A stretch of 64,000 nucleotides of DNA. Origin: Takakia lepidozioides. Taxonomy: Eukaryota > Plantae > Bryophyta. The stretch covers positions 12,834,001-12,898,000 of the forward strand of contig CM060733.1 in the NCBI GenBank assembly GCA_030704615.1, written 5' to 3'. The translations under genes and the position numbers were made by a program. The stretch's first letter is position 1, and each line of letters begins with the position of its first letter. Shown piece after piece: positions 11,947-26,306 of the stretch. The notes beneath the pieces are model-generated. The model was not told where the DNA came from. It made no database searches and saw only the letters and a list, made by a program, of their open reading frames with translations.

Positions 11947-14634
11947 TCATTTGCCCGCCTTGCCTTTACCACCCTTGCCACCACCCTTCTTGGCATCCAG
12001 TTTGGCCTGTATACGGGAGGCAGCAGCTGCTTTGGCTTCCTCTCTTTTTTTCTTATCTTCTTCCTTTTTTGCTGCAGCAAGATCTCTCTCCTTCCGGATC
12101 TCCCTATGACCGCACATCCCAAGTGAGCAGGATCAAAATCAGCTTGCATCAATGATGAAAAAGGTTGATGGTGACAATGCAAGCCACTAGTTTCACATTT
12201 GACGGTTGGGGTATGTGAAGCAACCTTTGTGGCAAATAAGCCCAATATAGAGTTACAGTTGACCTTGCAATACAGGACAGTCTTCAGGGTGACTGCTTAA
12301 GGAGAAGATGACTTGCTTCAACAACAAAAACGTTGAGGATTAGATATTTATGGCTCACATGGCCTGTGGTGTGTGACGGTAAATTGTCATGGACAAGGTT
12401 CACGCTGTGTTATGAAATTTAGTCCTTTGTTACATAAGACTGACGGGTAAGCTTCTGTTCATAAATTCTCCCCCATGTTCTTTGAAATGTGGATAGTAAG
12501 CACTTACTCGAGTTTTGCCTTCTCAGCTGCTACACTGTCGAGAGTGGATCCCTTGGGGGGCCTAGCAGCTAGAAGCTCAACCTCAAACACCAGAGTAGCC
12601 CTGCAATACAGGAAGATTTTGCAGCAAATTAGCCACAGGCCCCATAACAAGTGCCTACAGAATCAGGTTGCCATGGACAATATTATAGATCTTCACCCCT
12701 CACAACTACTTCCTCCCAAACATACATTGCCATAAATGACATTGGTTACTGGGGACTGCTGAAAGGTGTGAACAGATGAAATTAAAGCTCACGAAATGCT
12801 TACCCTGGGGGGATCTCTGGTGGTGCACCTGTTTTACCATATGCATAGTCAGGCTTGCAAGTGATGCGGGCAATCTCTCCTACCTTCATTCACAAACACA
12901 CAAATGTTAGCTCACTCAATCTGACCATGTCAACTCAATAGATTGAATATTCTGGAGACACTGTGCAGAGAGAAAATTGAGGCACCACAAATAGGGATAC
13001 TCCAAGCCTGCCTGAAATGATGACTTGCCTTAGGAGGAAAGTGAGGTGCATACTGATCCAGACACTTCACAATGGTCTTAAACCAACATTTTATGAATAG
13101 ATTTGTCTACATTTGACCTTGACTCACAGCCAAACCTTTGTCTACCTTTGCCGATGTGTAGTTCTTAGATCTCAATTCAGTTCTGAAGTTTTTTTGGCCC
13201 CAGAGATGCAGTACTCATCAGCATTGTGACTTAAGAGTTTAAACCAAGCTGGATAAACAAAGCGTATGGTGATTCTCAATTACACCACCCTGTTTCCAAG
13301 AATTTAAGAAATGACCAGCTACTCAGAAAACAACCCATGATCTAGGGCATACAGTCAGTGTCAGGACTGTTAAAAAAAAACCTGTGTCTACGTAGCAGCT
13401 AGGCACCCAACCTTTTGCAACAAATACAGAGAGACTGACTTCAAATCTAAGGGCGTTGTCCCAAGTGAGAAAGATACAGCTCAAACGTCTCAGTTGTTTG
13501 ACCCTCACTGCTTGGAGTCAAAATGCTCATTACCACATGGGAGGAAAGACAAAGATGTCAGTAATTCTATGTGGAGCCAAAGTTGCTGCCATGTTGGGGA
13601 AAACCAAGAACTTCACTTCTCCAGGAAAGCCCCTATAAGTCCTAAACCGTGCTTGAGAGAGCGCTCAGCACTGGCACATTTCATCATATCTTACTACTGC
13701 AGGCCTGTCCTACGCACAGGTGGGCCTCTATGTGGTATCCAACCCTTGACAGCAGGACTGTATGTGCTCGAGTGCCTGGGATGTAAGCCTTGCCTTTCTT
13801 GTTTAGGTTTATGACCACTCTGCCTCTCAAGGAGCAAGGAACAAGTCTAGAGTGGCACCCACCTGCATACTTTTGATCGCAATGTCCCAAGCGCGAATCA
13901 CACTCCCTGTTCCCACCTCAAATGTGAACACAGTATTGTCCTCACGAGTTGAATCAAAGACTTCACCTGTGTTGGCAAGCTTGCCCTCATATTGCACTGC
14001 ACCAATCACACCCAGCACGATGTAATCAGTATCTCTATGTATGAGTTAATAGACTATAGGACTCCAAGAAGTTTATATGAAATATATATACATGCCCTTT
14101 CCTCACCAGTTTTACCACTTGCGTCTTCCATTGCCATAAGTTTTTACATAAACCCAAAACTCGATGGTTTGAAACTCCCTTACAAAGCCAGTATGCCACA
14201 ACCTCCTTCCATCAGCCGCAGGCGTAATAACACAGTCACAAAACCAGGACAGGACATAATGGCATTCCACCTTACATACGTTAGCATTGGCTCAGTTGCA
14301 TACCACATGGAGAATGACTCGCATTCTCCCATGAAGAGATATTTGTCAGAGGAATGTCAAAATAACCAAAATTAGTGAAAGGGACATAAAAGGCTGTTCA
14401 GAATGTAACATTTTCTCAGTGTCTTATTCATCAAGAGGGTTGGAAACAGAGGTCTCAAGTGTCATTGGACAATACCCCAGAGTTCCAAGCTTGCACACAG
14501 AAGTTCCGTTCTAAGACGTGCTTACCATCAACATTGGGAAGGTTTTCTGAGGGGCGCAAGGCTCCGGCTTTGGGTTTTCGGAGGATCTTCTTCAAGACCC
14601 CTCCATCCCCCGTCAGATCTATTTCATCGCTCAT
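11947..14634 (-). CDS. FKBP20-1: FKBP-type peptidyl-prolyl cis-trans isomerase, FKBP20-1-like, 190 aa, 5 coding exons
   Basis: Exons 14634-14526, 13996-13863, 12883-12804, 12600-12508, 12103-11947 (573 nt, all GT-AG, in frame). MSDEIDLTGDGGVLK..VQYEGKL..FDST..GSVIRAWD..YAYG..IPPGATLVFEVEL and a Lys-rich tail. A 5'UTR intron acceptor lies at ~14657. Confidence 0.95.
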
Positions 14635-16910
14635 CTTAATTGAAGGCCCAGGAACTCTGTAGATATGCACAACATAAGCATCAGAAGGTACCTTTTCTGC
14701 TCCATATGCAACTTAACTCAACCTGTAATTTTCCCACTACAAGTACAAAAAACTTCCAATCTTCAATGAATATGATTCAAAGAGCACCAACAGCCATTAA
14801 CATCTATTGCAGAACCCTGACTATCACAACTGTGGTGGACTGTGGAAATTGGTTCTCATTCATGACGGTAGTGACAGTGAGGACCAAGGCCTTAAGACAA
14901 CGACAATGTTTTGACAATGCCAAACCAAATCCTGCCGCGTTTGTGGCAATCAGCAAGCAGTCTTCAGTCTGCATTACTATGATATATAAGTGAACAAGAA
15001 CTAAGCCAGATATCAATCGGTGAGTTAAGGGATAATGGGTCCAGCACTTTCTTTATCATCAGATCGCCAGTATTGAGGGGGCTTATTACGAACCAAAAAC
15101 GAGTCAGAGTCATCCAGGTCACCGTGTCTGCTCTGTCTGAGATGTAGTCTCTCAGATGGATAACGTCTCCATATTTGTTAGGACACTGGTCAATCAGAGT
15201 CTCTGAGCAAGCCCAAAGGCAGTTGGGGAAGGTCCCTTAGGGCCTAATACACCTGACCATTTGGCACTATGGCCTACTTTGTGGTTCGTCTGGATGATCG
15301 AATACATATAGCTTGCTATCTGAAACACTATGACTATCAACATATCAATAACCACATGACCCATAGATCAGACCCTTATTTCGTATCATCCGCCAAGCAC
15401 CCCAGTCACATCAGTCGTTGCTAATGAGAATCACAACCACATTCGACCCTAATAATTGTAGCCGTTAAACGTGTTACAAATCAGCGTTATAAACCCTTCA
15501 TCGTCAGCCACAGAGATGAGGAACTTTGTCTTCACGGATTTTCAAGTATGTCACTCCTACCCATACATCAGGAGGCATACACACTTCTCCAGGCCTCATA
15601 ATCATCTTCCATTAGCAGCACCTAAGAGAAAATTTAGCATGGCTCTGCAATCGCCACAACAAAAAATCTATTCTTCCGGCACATCAACCAAGACGCTGAA
15701 AAGCAAGTGAAACCCAAAACCCACCAGATAAGAATCTCAGTTCCTAGTCGTCTCCAACGGCTAAAGAGCCCGCGTGGTAACGAAAGCCAGACCTTCCGCT
15801 CCCTGGTTCACTTGGTGTCTCAGAAGCTTCAAAGGAGACAGGGTGCACACGGAACAATACGATTCGTGAAACTGAAAAGAGCGAAAGTATGTGAGCAAGA
15901 GCGCAGACTGATCCGCCATAGCCCGACGCACGCAGGCCACCTCGCGCGCTCTCTGCCGCCCTCCTTGCTGCGCTCTGTGTGTTGCTCTGCGCTCGCTCCC
16001 TTCCTCGCAGGGCCACACATTGCCCCACAGCGCCTGCCCGTGATTCCAAGGGCTCGCACCATCTGGCGATACCTACTCCCTCTGGCTATTCCTCCTTTCT
16101 TTGTTACTAATGCCAACCACCCTTGTCAATTTTGTCAGGACCGTTTTGCATTACTCAGTAGGCCCCGTTTTGCTTTAACCTCGTTGGTGGCGAAGGATGA
16201 TTTTTCTTTTTTCTTCTGGATTTGTTTTTGTTTTGTTGGCCCTGCCGGACTACGCAAAGGGTTTCAGCTGCTTTAGCACCGATACTTTCGATTAGACTTC
16301 CAATTCAATCGAGACAGTTGTCAAGAGTATATTCTGTTTTTTAATGAATGACATCCGTTCAACTGCCATAAATGAAAGTCCATCGGATATTACCTCGAGT
16401 GCCACCTGAGTGATTCAGGGCTCAAATCCTGTTACCTTGATATTTATTAATAGACTAATTATGTGATCTTCCAGATTTTTACTACCTATTCATAATTACT
16501 ATACGGCAGGCCTTGCATGAATTCCATGCATTTGTTTTGTTTGTTATTTTAAGGTGATTTGTTTTGTTTTCTTAAAGAAAGGGATAAAGCCCCTGAATTT
16601 TATTCTAGGAAAAAATAACTTTGGATTTGTAAGTTTTTCTAAATCATATTAGTAAAAGGCATGCCCTCAAGAAGTTGCGCTATGCCTGGGTGATATTTAT
16701 CCTATAATCTGATTCAACAAGTAATGCTGCATGCTACTCTTTCTGGCCTTGTTCACATCAGCACTCTAGATCTTTTGAACTTGACTGAAAATAAGCAAAT
16801 AAATAAAAGGAGTCATGGAAAAAAATAATCATGACATTAGGCAGCAGGAGTTGTTTTTTTTTTTTTTTTTTTTTTGGGGTATAAACAATTAGACAGTATT
16901 TTGTTTCTGA

Positions 16911-17103
16911 AGAAAAACAGTTAATTGGCTAATTATTATTTTTCGTTCAAATTATTGTTCTAAGTTCTGATAAATGAAATTTATAGCTCCTGTCGCGATC
17001 GATAATATTTAGAAAAACAGTTAATTGGCTAATTATTGTTTTTCGTTCAAATTATTGTTCTAAGTTCTGATAAATGAAATTTATAGCTCATGTCGCGATC
17101 GAT
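16911..17103. repeat. 100-bp tandem duplication
   Basis: AGAAAAACAGTTAATTGGC...TGTCGCGATCGAT at 16911 and 17011, nearly identical. Confidence 0.95.
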
Positions 17104-17599
17104 GCATAAATATTATGGAGTAATTTTCCTTAAACACCAAACTTCAATTGTTTTAAGGCATGCCATTAACTGAGATACAAGAAAAAAAATCTATGATGCA
17201 AAAGAAATTCATGAGCAATATCCAAGACAACATTTGTTGATGATAGCACCAGGGTTGTGTTGGAAGGCTTTTCAATGTCATGTAACTCTCTCATGTCCAA
17301 TTCAGTTTCACCAAGTAATGGTGGCACCATGATTTCCAACCATCGGGCTATTATGCACTATTCAACATCAAGTAGACATTGTCCATCAAAGATTACTTGT
17401 AGCTTCAAATCTAGGCTGCATTCTGGCTATGATGAGAAGATTGTGATCATGATTCAATGGGAAAGGGACTATATTTTGTCTCATCATCATCATCACTCCT
17501 ACCACACACATGCCCCCACCAACCACATGTAACGTCTCTCAAACCCTAATCACATGTATACTCTCGTGAAATAGATATATTGTAGAATTTGACTTGGTG

Positions 17600-19050
17600 T
17601 TTGATTGTTGTAATTGAGTGTTATATCTTGCTAGCAAGATTGCTACACTCAGACATGATATATTTCATCAGCTTCCAAAATCTCAATATGACAAGAATGT
17701 CCATACAAGTCTCTATTCATAGCCTTTGTTGTATGTGTTCTTGACGTTTCAACCCTGTGAGCATCCCACTTTGTCATTGTATTAGGATGTTTAAGACTAG
17801 CTTTATACTTGTTGTTTTTTCAAGAAGCTTTAACATTTCATTCCAGCACATCATTCTCTTAGATCAAAGAAAACATTGCTTAGAGGTTATGGAATCTCCA
17901 CCACCCACTGCTGCAAACCTAATTCCTTGTATCTTTTTCGATCTTGCACTTCATCTTTATTCCCATTCCACATTCACTAATAACCTTTCATGTTTAATAT
18001 CATGGGTCTTATGGTATGTGAATGCTTTGAAATGTCACTGTGGAGTGACAAAGATCAAACGCTTCAAACATATGATCTTCTTTTTTACCGTCGTCAAATA
18101 ACAAAGGATTATTAAATGCTTGTCATTTGAAGGGTTGCCCCTTCAACAACAACGTCGTAGACATAGTTAATATTGGATAGCTTACGGACATAGTAAAATA
18201 ATTTCCAAGTAGATTCTACATTGGCAAGTAGCTCTCCAAGCTCATTAAAATTGATGTAGTACTTGATTCATTTTTCCAACTTACTCTCATAGTGTCGAAG
18301 CAAGCGTAAATTATGGTGTCTCTTGACCTTGAAAGGCTCTGCTTTCTTGTAGAAAGGTGGACATCTTTTGACCCCCAATCAATGGGTTGAACCCACAACC
18401 ACTTTCAAGGTGATATGTGTTCATTACCGTTAGGACCTGGGCTACAACTTGATAGTCAGTAAAACTCAACAACTATCTCAGAGATGGGCTGAAAATGCAG
18501 TTGTCGCATCCGATAGGGAATCCACTTAGTGATGATATTGTGCAGTAGGTCTTCTAGTACAAACCCATAACGTCCGTGCTTTTATGAAACACGACTTGAT
18601 TGAGATATCTTTATCAACAAATTTCTGATGTGAGTATGTTCTTGGAGCTTGGCCAGCTTTAGAGCAATAAAAGGAGAGGCGTAAATGGATAATTTGTCCT
18701 TCCATAGTCAAAGAAATATTTATCCAAGTGTGATGTTTAGGCATATTACTAGTTTCGTCTATGTATAATTATGTTCTTCCATTGTCTCACATTCGTGCAA
18801 ACCATGGGGCTTAACAAGTTGTAGCAATTATTGTTTAGTTATCTCCATTTCTAGTCAAATTGGGATAAGCATTCGTTGTGGCCTTATAAATTCTACACAT
18901 TCATAACTATATGGTTCTCTCCCTCTTTTTGCTAATTGAGATATGAACAACCTAGCTTCCTCTTCATCTTCCTCCACATCATCTGACCATGGCCTAAATA
19001 AAGTATCAAAATCAAGCATTTTCCTAATTGTATCCAATGTTCATTTCTCT
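17600..19050 (-). pseudogene. Highly decayed coding remnant, possibly hAT transposase
   Basis: Broken minus-strand frames. KLVLNIL..VGC..KRQEHIQQRL.IETCMDILVI near 17690-17800 loosely resembles the hAT C-terminal dimerisation motif. Confidence 0.25.
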
Positions 19051-22000
19051 CTTTATTGGACAATTATATCCTACTCACAATGGATTCTACATGAACCCTA
19101 AACCTAAACCATAAACCCTAAACCTTATGCAAATTTGGTCAAATCAAGTGCAATCAGTTAGGAAAATTGGTTCCAAGTCTCATTATCCAACATGACCAAA
19201 TCTGCAGTGCAAAAATTATTCTCATCCTATTTGAAGCATAGGATCCAATTACGAAGCCCTGTAATGCAGATGTATCCGCATGAAGAACAGCCTGAGGGAA
19301 AGAAACAGAACTCAATTCAATAGACGCACCGATCCATTGCAAATCCTCGGCTTCATCCTGGACCTCACCGTCTTTTTCCTTATCCTCATCTTCATCCTCC
19401 CAGTCTGAGTACTTTGCAGGTAGATCCTCCACATCGTCTGAGCTTCCTTCTTCCTCTGCATCGTCTGCAGCGCCTGTCCCATCTACATTTCCACTCTGTA
19501 GACGCGCAATCTCTGCCTCTACTTCATTTCATGCAATGCAGTAAGAGATGTCATCTTGGAGCCACGACCAACAGTTCTCCTCGGGCCTGTCCTCTTCTCG
19601 CCCTCCGCTGCATTAGTCATGCCCGATATAGGAACATGTGTATTGTCCATTGTGTGTGCACCACAAAAGATGAAGAAACCCGGTGGCACTACAAACGCGG
19701 AAGTGACCTACTCTCGTAGAGCACCCTAGTGACACGGCAAATGTTACTGATGGTAGGAGGTGTTGGACTGCCGACACGTGGCCGGCAGCCAGACGCGTTG
19801 GACACGAAATCTCTTCCGCATTTTTGTTAGTTGGATGACCGGAAATCGCCTGCCCTTCTCCGGCCTTATTATAGTCGGCGCCGACTTCCTGATCCCTGAA
19901 AGTGTGTAGTCTGCGGCAACTACATTTTTTCTCATTTTCATGGAACTTGTTGGAATTTCACCCCCAAAAAAAAAAAAAAAACATCATCCACGGTTATAGA
20001 AGAGGGGTCTATTCCCGCGGTTGCTATTTTTATTGCACTATTGAGTTGTAATCGGTACCGACCTAAGTTCGGTGACTGCCAAACCTGGTTTGTCATGCCT
20101 GATCTTAAGGTTAATAAATGCCAAATCAATGTCAAATTTCGAGAATTTTCCTAGAATTGTGCTATGCTCATGGTATTTTTTGCTCATGCTCATGCTTAAA
20201 CCCGCTCACCGCTCATGCAACATACACACCCATGATTGCAGCTTAGTGGCACATTGCCATGTGTACTCATCCACTATCTCACATTTGACACCCAACCCAG
20301 TAACAACACCAAAATGCTTTTGCAATTCAATTTCCAAACCATCCCAATCCTCATGTGGATACATGTGTGCTTCATTAGAAACATACCAGAAATGTCAAAA
20401 GTTGACCATGATAGCATGACTGTTTTCAAATTAGCCTGTCTTAAAAATGGCAAGTGCATGCTACACATAAGGCCTACTAATTATATGCTTCAAAAGGACA
20501 AATTCTGATCAATCAATGTCCAAGAAACTCCCCAACGGGCACCCCCAAGGCGTCCCCAAGTAAAGTTTCGAAGGAAGTCATGGGCAGTACCTTTAGATAT
20601 CCCCTTAGACACATCACTAATGAGCTCAAACAATCCAAAAGACCAGCTTGTTGAATCTCTTGAGAGAGATCAATCAATTTTTTCCAACATGAGTTAGCCA
20701 AGCATTATTTCTAAGAGTATTCTTCCTCTCAAACACACTATTCCATTGTGGTGTCTTTGCTAAAGTAAATCATTTTCTTAAGCCATTTTCTTTACAAAAT
20801 AAATTAAGTTCATTAGAATTTATTCACCACCCCCAGCAGCCCTTAGAACCTCATCTTCTTACTTAGCCGATTATCAACTATTGTTTAACCTCTCAAAAAC
20901 CTTTGATTTTTGTTTTAACAAATAAACAACTGTGAACCTTGAAAAATCAAAAGTGATGAAATATCTAAACATGTGTGGGTGTATGCATCAATCCACAAAG
21001 GTCAATATGTACATATGTGTCAATATATTAGTGGATTGTACTGCAACCTCATGGCCTAGTGCCACCTGACGTTACCAAATCCAAAATGTGCAAACACCTT
21101 CAAATGTCCAAATAATGAGTGTACAAGATCTCTAGCCTCTCATTTGCATAAACAATAATCTGCCACAGTTGTATTATATGCGACAATATGAATGCCAAGA
21201 CATGCATTTTTAATTTCTTAGTTAAAACCAAAAAATCAGATAAGAAGCTTAACATAGAAAGTGAACTCCAATTGCATACCAAGATGACGTAACTCCAGAA
21301 AAGCTTTGTGCCAACATTTTAGCATATGAAGATAATTACTTTCATTGGTGTAAGAGTTCTGGATATTATAACAGTCTCATTTGAAACTAAGAAATCGAGC
21401 TACAGAGACTTTTCCTGCCAAATTCGCTTTGGTGATGTAGGCATCTGTAAGTTCCATTGGGTCCTCGGTGTGGAAACTCGTGTGCCACTCTTGACTTGCA
21501 TCTCCTAGTAGTATAAAAGCACCATCTGAAACATTCAAGTCTTGCTGATATCCGGTGAAATGTATTTCCCACGACCCCCCGTGTGCACCTGTCCAATCCT
21601 CTGACACGCCTTCTGTCGCGCATCCATCAACATGATCATCTAAACTTGTATTTTCAGTGAAACTTAAATGTAAGAACTCAAGAAATTTGGATATCTTGAG
21701 CGAGGAATGACTGCTGGAGTTTCATCTTTTGTTTATGTTCGTTTTCTAACATGTTTGTGAAGTTGTTCAATTGTTGCACACATGATTGTGTTGCACGATT
21801 TTTTCTCTGGTTCTCGATGGAGGCCCAAATGAAGCCAACCAAGCCAACCATCTGGCTCTCTACACCCGGCATGGGCCCATGGCTAAAAACTGCACTTAGC
21901 AGGGGATGCTGGATATTTCGGCCATCGTAGGTTATGCTTCCGCGCGTCCTGAGACCTCCTACATGCAAGCAAAGTAGCTTTCATGGGTATTGAAGGAAAT

Positions 22001-22218
22001 TTCCAGTCGCTCTAATCTCGTATCTTTCCACCTTGAGCCACACCATTTCCGCCTCGAGCTCCGTAATCCTTGCCTCCTGTCTTACTGCCCTCTGCATATG
22101 TGTTGCTGACCTGCATACCCTCTTACATTAGCTTAGGCTGAAACACCAAATTAGTGTCGTAGACAATTTGTAATTCAAACACTAAATTATATAAACTACA
22201 AGGGGTCAGTATAGGAGC

Positions 22219-23190
22219 GACCTCAATGGTGATGCCATTTGAGGAAGTAACAATTTTGCCTGGGTGCATGCCCTTACCACTTCTCACAACCTTGCATACA
22301 CATATGAAATGCATTGAGTCAATCCTCCTGGAACTGTTTGTCCAATCATCGATGTTGCTAATGTATGGATCTACCTCATGAGGCCCTTCTGAGACTTGAT
22401 TTGAAAAATTAGGCATCTCGAGTCTAAGAATCCTCTGCATAATTAGGTCTGGAGCAATTCATTTGTTATAAGGGAACACCTGAAGGCTTAGCGCTGGCAT
22501 GAGGAAATCCAATCTCAAGGCAACTTGTTGTTTATTCTCTTACCAAATGAGTACTTAAGAGTTACTAAGGACAACAAAAACAAATTATATACCTGAATAC
22601 TCATTGGTTTTAAAGCGCCAATGACAGCGGCTGTTCCTAGAGCTGCAACAACATCGCCCATGTCAGGCTTCATGAGCTCCACACCGGAGCCTGGTCCAAT
22701 CTTGATGTCAAAACACGTAATCGAGAAGTAGCCCCCATGCTTAGCATTCATGGCCTCCATGTTGCCGCATAAAGTAGACAACCAGAAGTCCCAACTGCAT
22801 GAATGATAGGAAAAAAAAAAAATTCCGACGCAGAGGAACTGAGCTATAGCTGTAGCCATGATGATTTCTTCCCCAAGTAAATTTGACAAGAAGCTCATTG
22901 CAGATGTTATGCTTAACAATAGACCAAACGCGAATAACAAAAGTTTATCTTGTGATATGAACAACTGTAGCAACTGTTGTCTACAATCTAAGACCCTAAG
23001 GTGTATTAAACCTCGTGGCTTAAGCATACTCACCCTTGCCAACAATCGCTACTTTCTTCTTAAAATTGTCATCTGGTGGGGTGTAGGTCATGTGTATGAA
23101 CTTTGGCTGTAGGCCAGAGGCGCTCGCCACCCCAAAAAATGCCCCCATTTTCAATTTCTTAACATCTATTGAATCCAATCCTTTGACCAT
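22219..23190 (-). pseudogene. Leucine aminopeptidase (M17) gene fragments
   Basis: KKLKMGAFFGVASAS..PKFIHMTYTPP..KVAIVGKG; DIKIGPGSGVELMKPDMG..ALGTAAVIGALKP; HFICVC..SGKGMHPGKIVTSSNGITIEV. These match consecutive plant LAP segments, with degenerate residues. Confidence 0.8.
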
Positions 23191-24986
23191 TAAGTTAGTT
23201 TGCATTTGTTGCATTCTGTGTTGGTTTGTATAATCCAATCTACCTTGTATGACCCAATCTACCCAATCTCAATCTTGTTAGTCTATAAGACAATTGACAT
23301 TGTCATGGATTGGGTACTTTGCCCTATAACATATTAGAGCTTTGTAGAATGTAAGTGTTAAGAAGGCACTTGACAATTGAACACATTTTCCATAGTTCAA
23401 GCAAATGTGATGTTCTTATTACCATGGAGAAAGATTGTTTTGATGGTGAGAAAGTTAATGATTTAATGCTTAAGGTGGAAGCAATGTTGAATGATGGTGC
23501 AACAATGAAGTCAATTGTCAATGCTCTCTCTTTTGATTATATACGAATATTGAAGATATTGTTATGATAATCTTTTCAAACTTCATCATCAATTGAGTGC
23601 TCAAGTCATGTACTTACAGATTCCACTAAAGAAGGTTGCAAAAGGTTTGGAAATCATCTCTACTTATCATTATGAGCGTAGGGGGAGGGCACTCTCAAAT
23701 CACAACAACTGCACTCACAAATTTATCACGTAAACAACAAACTCAAGAATGGGAGAGAGTAAGACATGGAGAGAAGGATCAATGACACGAGGTCCATATT
23801 TTCAAGTTTATGGTAAGGCAACGTGCAAAGAAAAACTTTAGTGCAGTGCCACGTCGTCTCGAAATCATAGTTTTAATGTATTCATATGACATTTTTTAAA
23901 TACACATAATATATGTTAATAAATTATTAAATATATATTAAAATTCAATTAAATTGCGCATTGAAATTGGATTCAATATATTTTTGGCACTTCAACAGAA
24001 TTGCTAATCAATCAATTGAATTTCAAGGATAAATCAATTGAATTGTGATTTTTTGGCATGATTTGTAACGCATTGCGAATCATTGTTTTTTGAAATAAAC
24101 TTGAGCAAAATGGCGTCAAACAGATTACACAATTGTAATTAGATGTTAGCCCATTAGGGGTTCATTGTGTCATGTAATATAATCATTGGTCATCACAGCT
24201 TGGACCAAAACGTTCAACTCGTCATCATTCATTCTACTATTAAGGTCGCAAAGATAGACGATGCAATTGAATCATATTGTGATTGTATATTGGGCATGTC
24301 CGAGGGAAGTATTGGAGTGATCGTGATGCCAGTCTAGTTGTCTATTTGTTGAGGAAGTGATAATACATGTATATGTCATTATGACCAATTTTCAGAATGA
24401 CTCAAATTTTGTAATTGTAGTTTGGCGAGAGTACGTGGAAGTGGTGGAAGGTCCACGTTACTTTGGCGGGAGAGTCTACACGTGAAATATGTGAGATGGA
24501 GAGCATGCCAGCAGCCAATACAACTTTGGTGAAGCGTAGAGGTAGTTTAAAGAAGGAACCCGGAGCAGACAAGAAATGACGAATTATAGTGCACAATTGG
24601 AGTGGTGGACAGGATCTCGGTCTGCTCGAACATTCGCAAAAGTTAATTCAAGGAGTGTATGGCAGGGTATTTTGGGATTGAAAGAAGTGGGAGCCTATAG
24701 CATTTGCATTTTCAAATGGTCATCAGGTTGTTAACAACGAATGTTATACATGCAAACAAATTGATCAAATCCTATTTGGGTTGGGACAAATGTCCGCCAG
24801 CTGGCCACACAATTATGTGTAAAAAACAGAATCAATATCGCTTACACACTTGGAAATGAATGTTTAGGTTACTATTGTAAGAGATTTTGGTCAACCTCAT
24901 TTTTCAGGTCTTCTATGAAGATGTGACTATGAAAAAAATGGAAGAATGAAAGGAGTTGTATGCTTTATATGAGAGTGCATACAACC

Positions 24987-25090
24987 AGCATGTAGCCCAG
25001 TGGTAATAGGCTGGAAGGCAGTAGCCCTTGTGGTGAAGAGACACCATAAGTTACGCTCCCTTCGGGAGGCGTCATTTTTTTTTATTTTAG
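24987..25090 (+). mobile_element. Possible tRNA-derived SINE remnant
   Basis: A-box-like GTAGCCCAGTGGTAA, degenerate B-box-like AAGTTACGCTCCC, T-rich tail. Confidence 0.3.
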
Positions 25091-26306
25091 AGTGCAGAGA
25101 AGAATCTTTTGTTTTACATCAACAAATGTTTTTGAAAGAACGTTCATTAATCATATACACGCACGACCTGGAAAGTGCCTGACAAGCTCCTTTATTAGTT
25201 GTTTGCTATCAATGTTGAAATCCAACAAATTTTATGCATCCGGAGCATTCTTGAGTAACAGAATGGATATTAGCAAATGTGAATCGCCCCGGCGGTCTAT
25301 GCTATTTCCAAAAGATACATGAATCGAAGCAATTAAGCAAATATTTTTTGATTTTGGTCTTCATTGCCTAACGATATTTACAAATTTCAATCCACCAGTG
25401 ACCTGCTTCATCTTTAATGTCGAACATACTACTGCATCTGCAGATGCTGTCGTCAACCAGCATAAATATATTCCATTGCACTATGGACCTGTGTAGCCCG
25501 ACGTATCTATTTTGTGACTCTTATTTTTTGATACTTCAATCTATGTACATATAAGTTTGCGTGGCCTTGTACATTAAAGGATGGTCCAACAATTAAGAAA
25601 AGGGAAGGAGTAAACGAGCAAAGGGACTTTCCAAAAAGAGACGATCAAGAGGGGTAGAATGGGGAATTGGCGGAGATGAGATTTATTCCAAGATGGTCAA
25701 TGAAATAGACCCAGTCGGAGCGGCCAATAGGGAGGATAGAAGCATAGGGTCAGTAGTTAATGTACACGTGTTAAGTGGTGGGAGTAGGGGTGACATGTGT
25801 GGAGCACTCTAAAAGGGTCCACGACAGCTTTTGGGGGCGGGCACCGCCCTCAGAGCGTACATAAAGGAGGAGCTCTCTCCTCCTACTGCCACCAACTACT
25901 TATCAAGTTAGTAACTACTTTAGAGGGCTCTCCCTATGGCCCCAAAAAAAATTCAAACATGAACCATAGCTAGAACTGCAGAGGCCTTTGCTAAAGGTGA
26001 AATTGCCTTGTGAATACAGAGGATGGAAGGCAGTTGTGGCATCATGAGAGCACCATGGAGGTATATACTATATCCATCTATCATGGACACCATTCCGCGC
26101 GCTGCTCATTCATCAACTGGATAAATATCTCGCATATTATATTGTGCTCATTACGCAACTGATCACAACCTTCACACAAATGGGAAACACAGTCTACGTC
26201 AATTCGATCACATCCACCTTCTGACATAGCTGTTGACTAAATGCGGCCCCTTGAACAAACGCAGCCTGGCACTTGAAGAAAACAGTGAGGGAAAGTGGAG
26301 CATACC

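Noticed and set aside
19093-19126. Telomere-like AAACCCT repeats
   Set aside because: Only ~5 degenerate units; a common interstitial or TE-associated motif.
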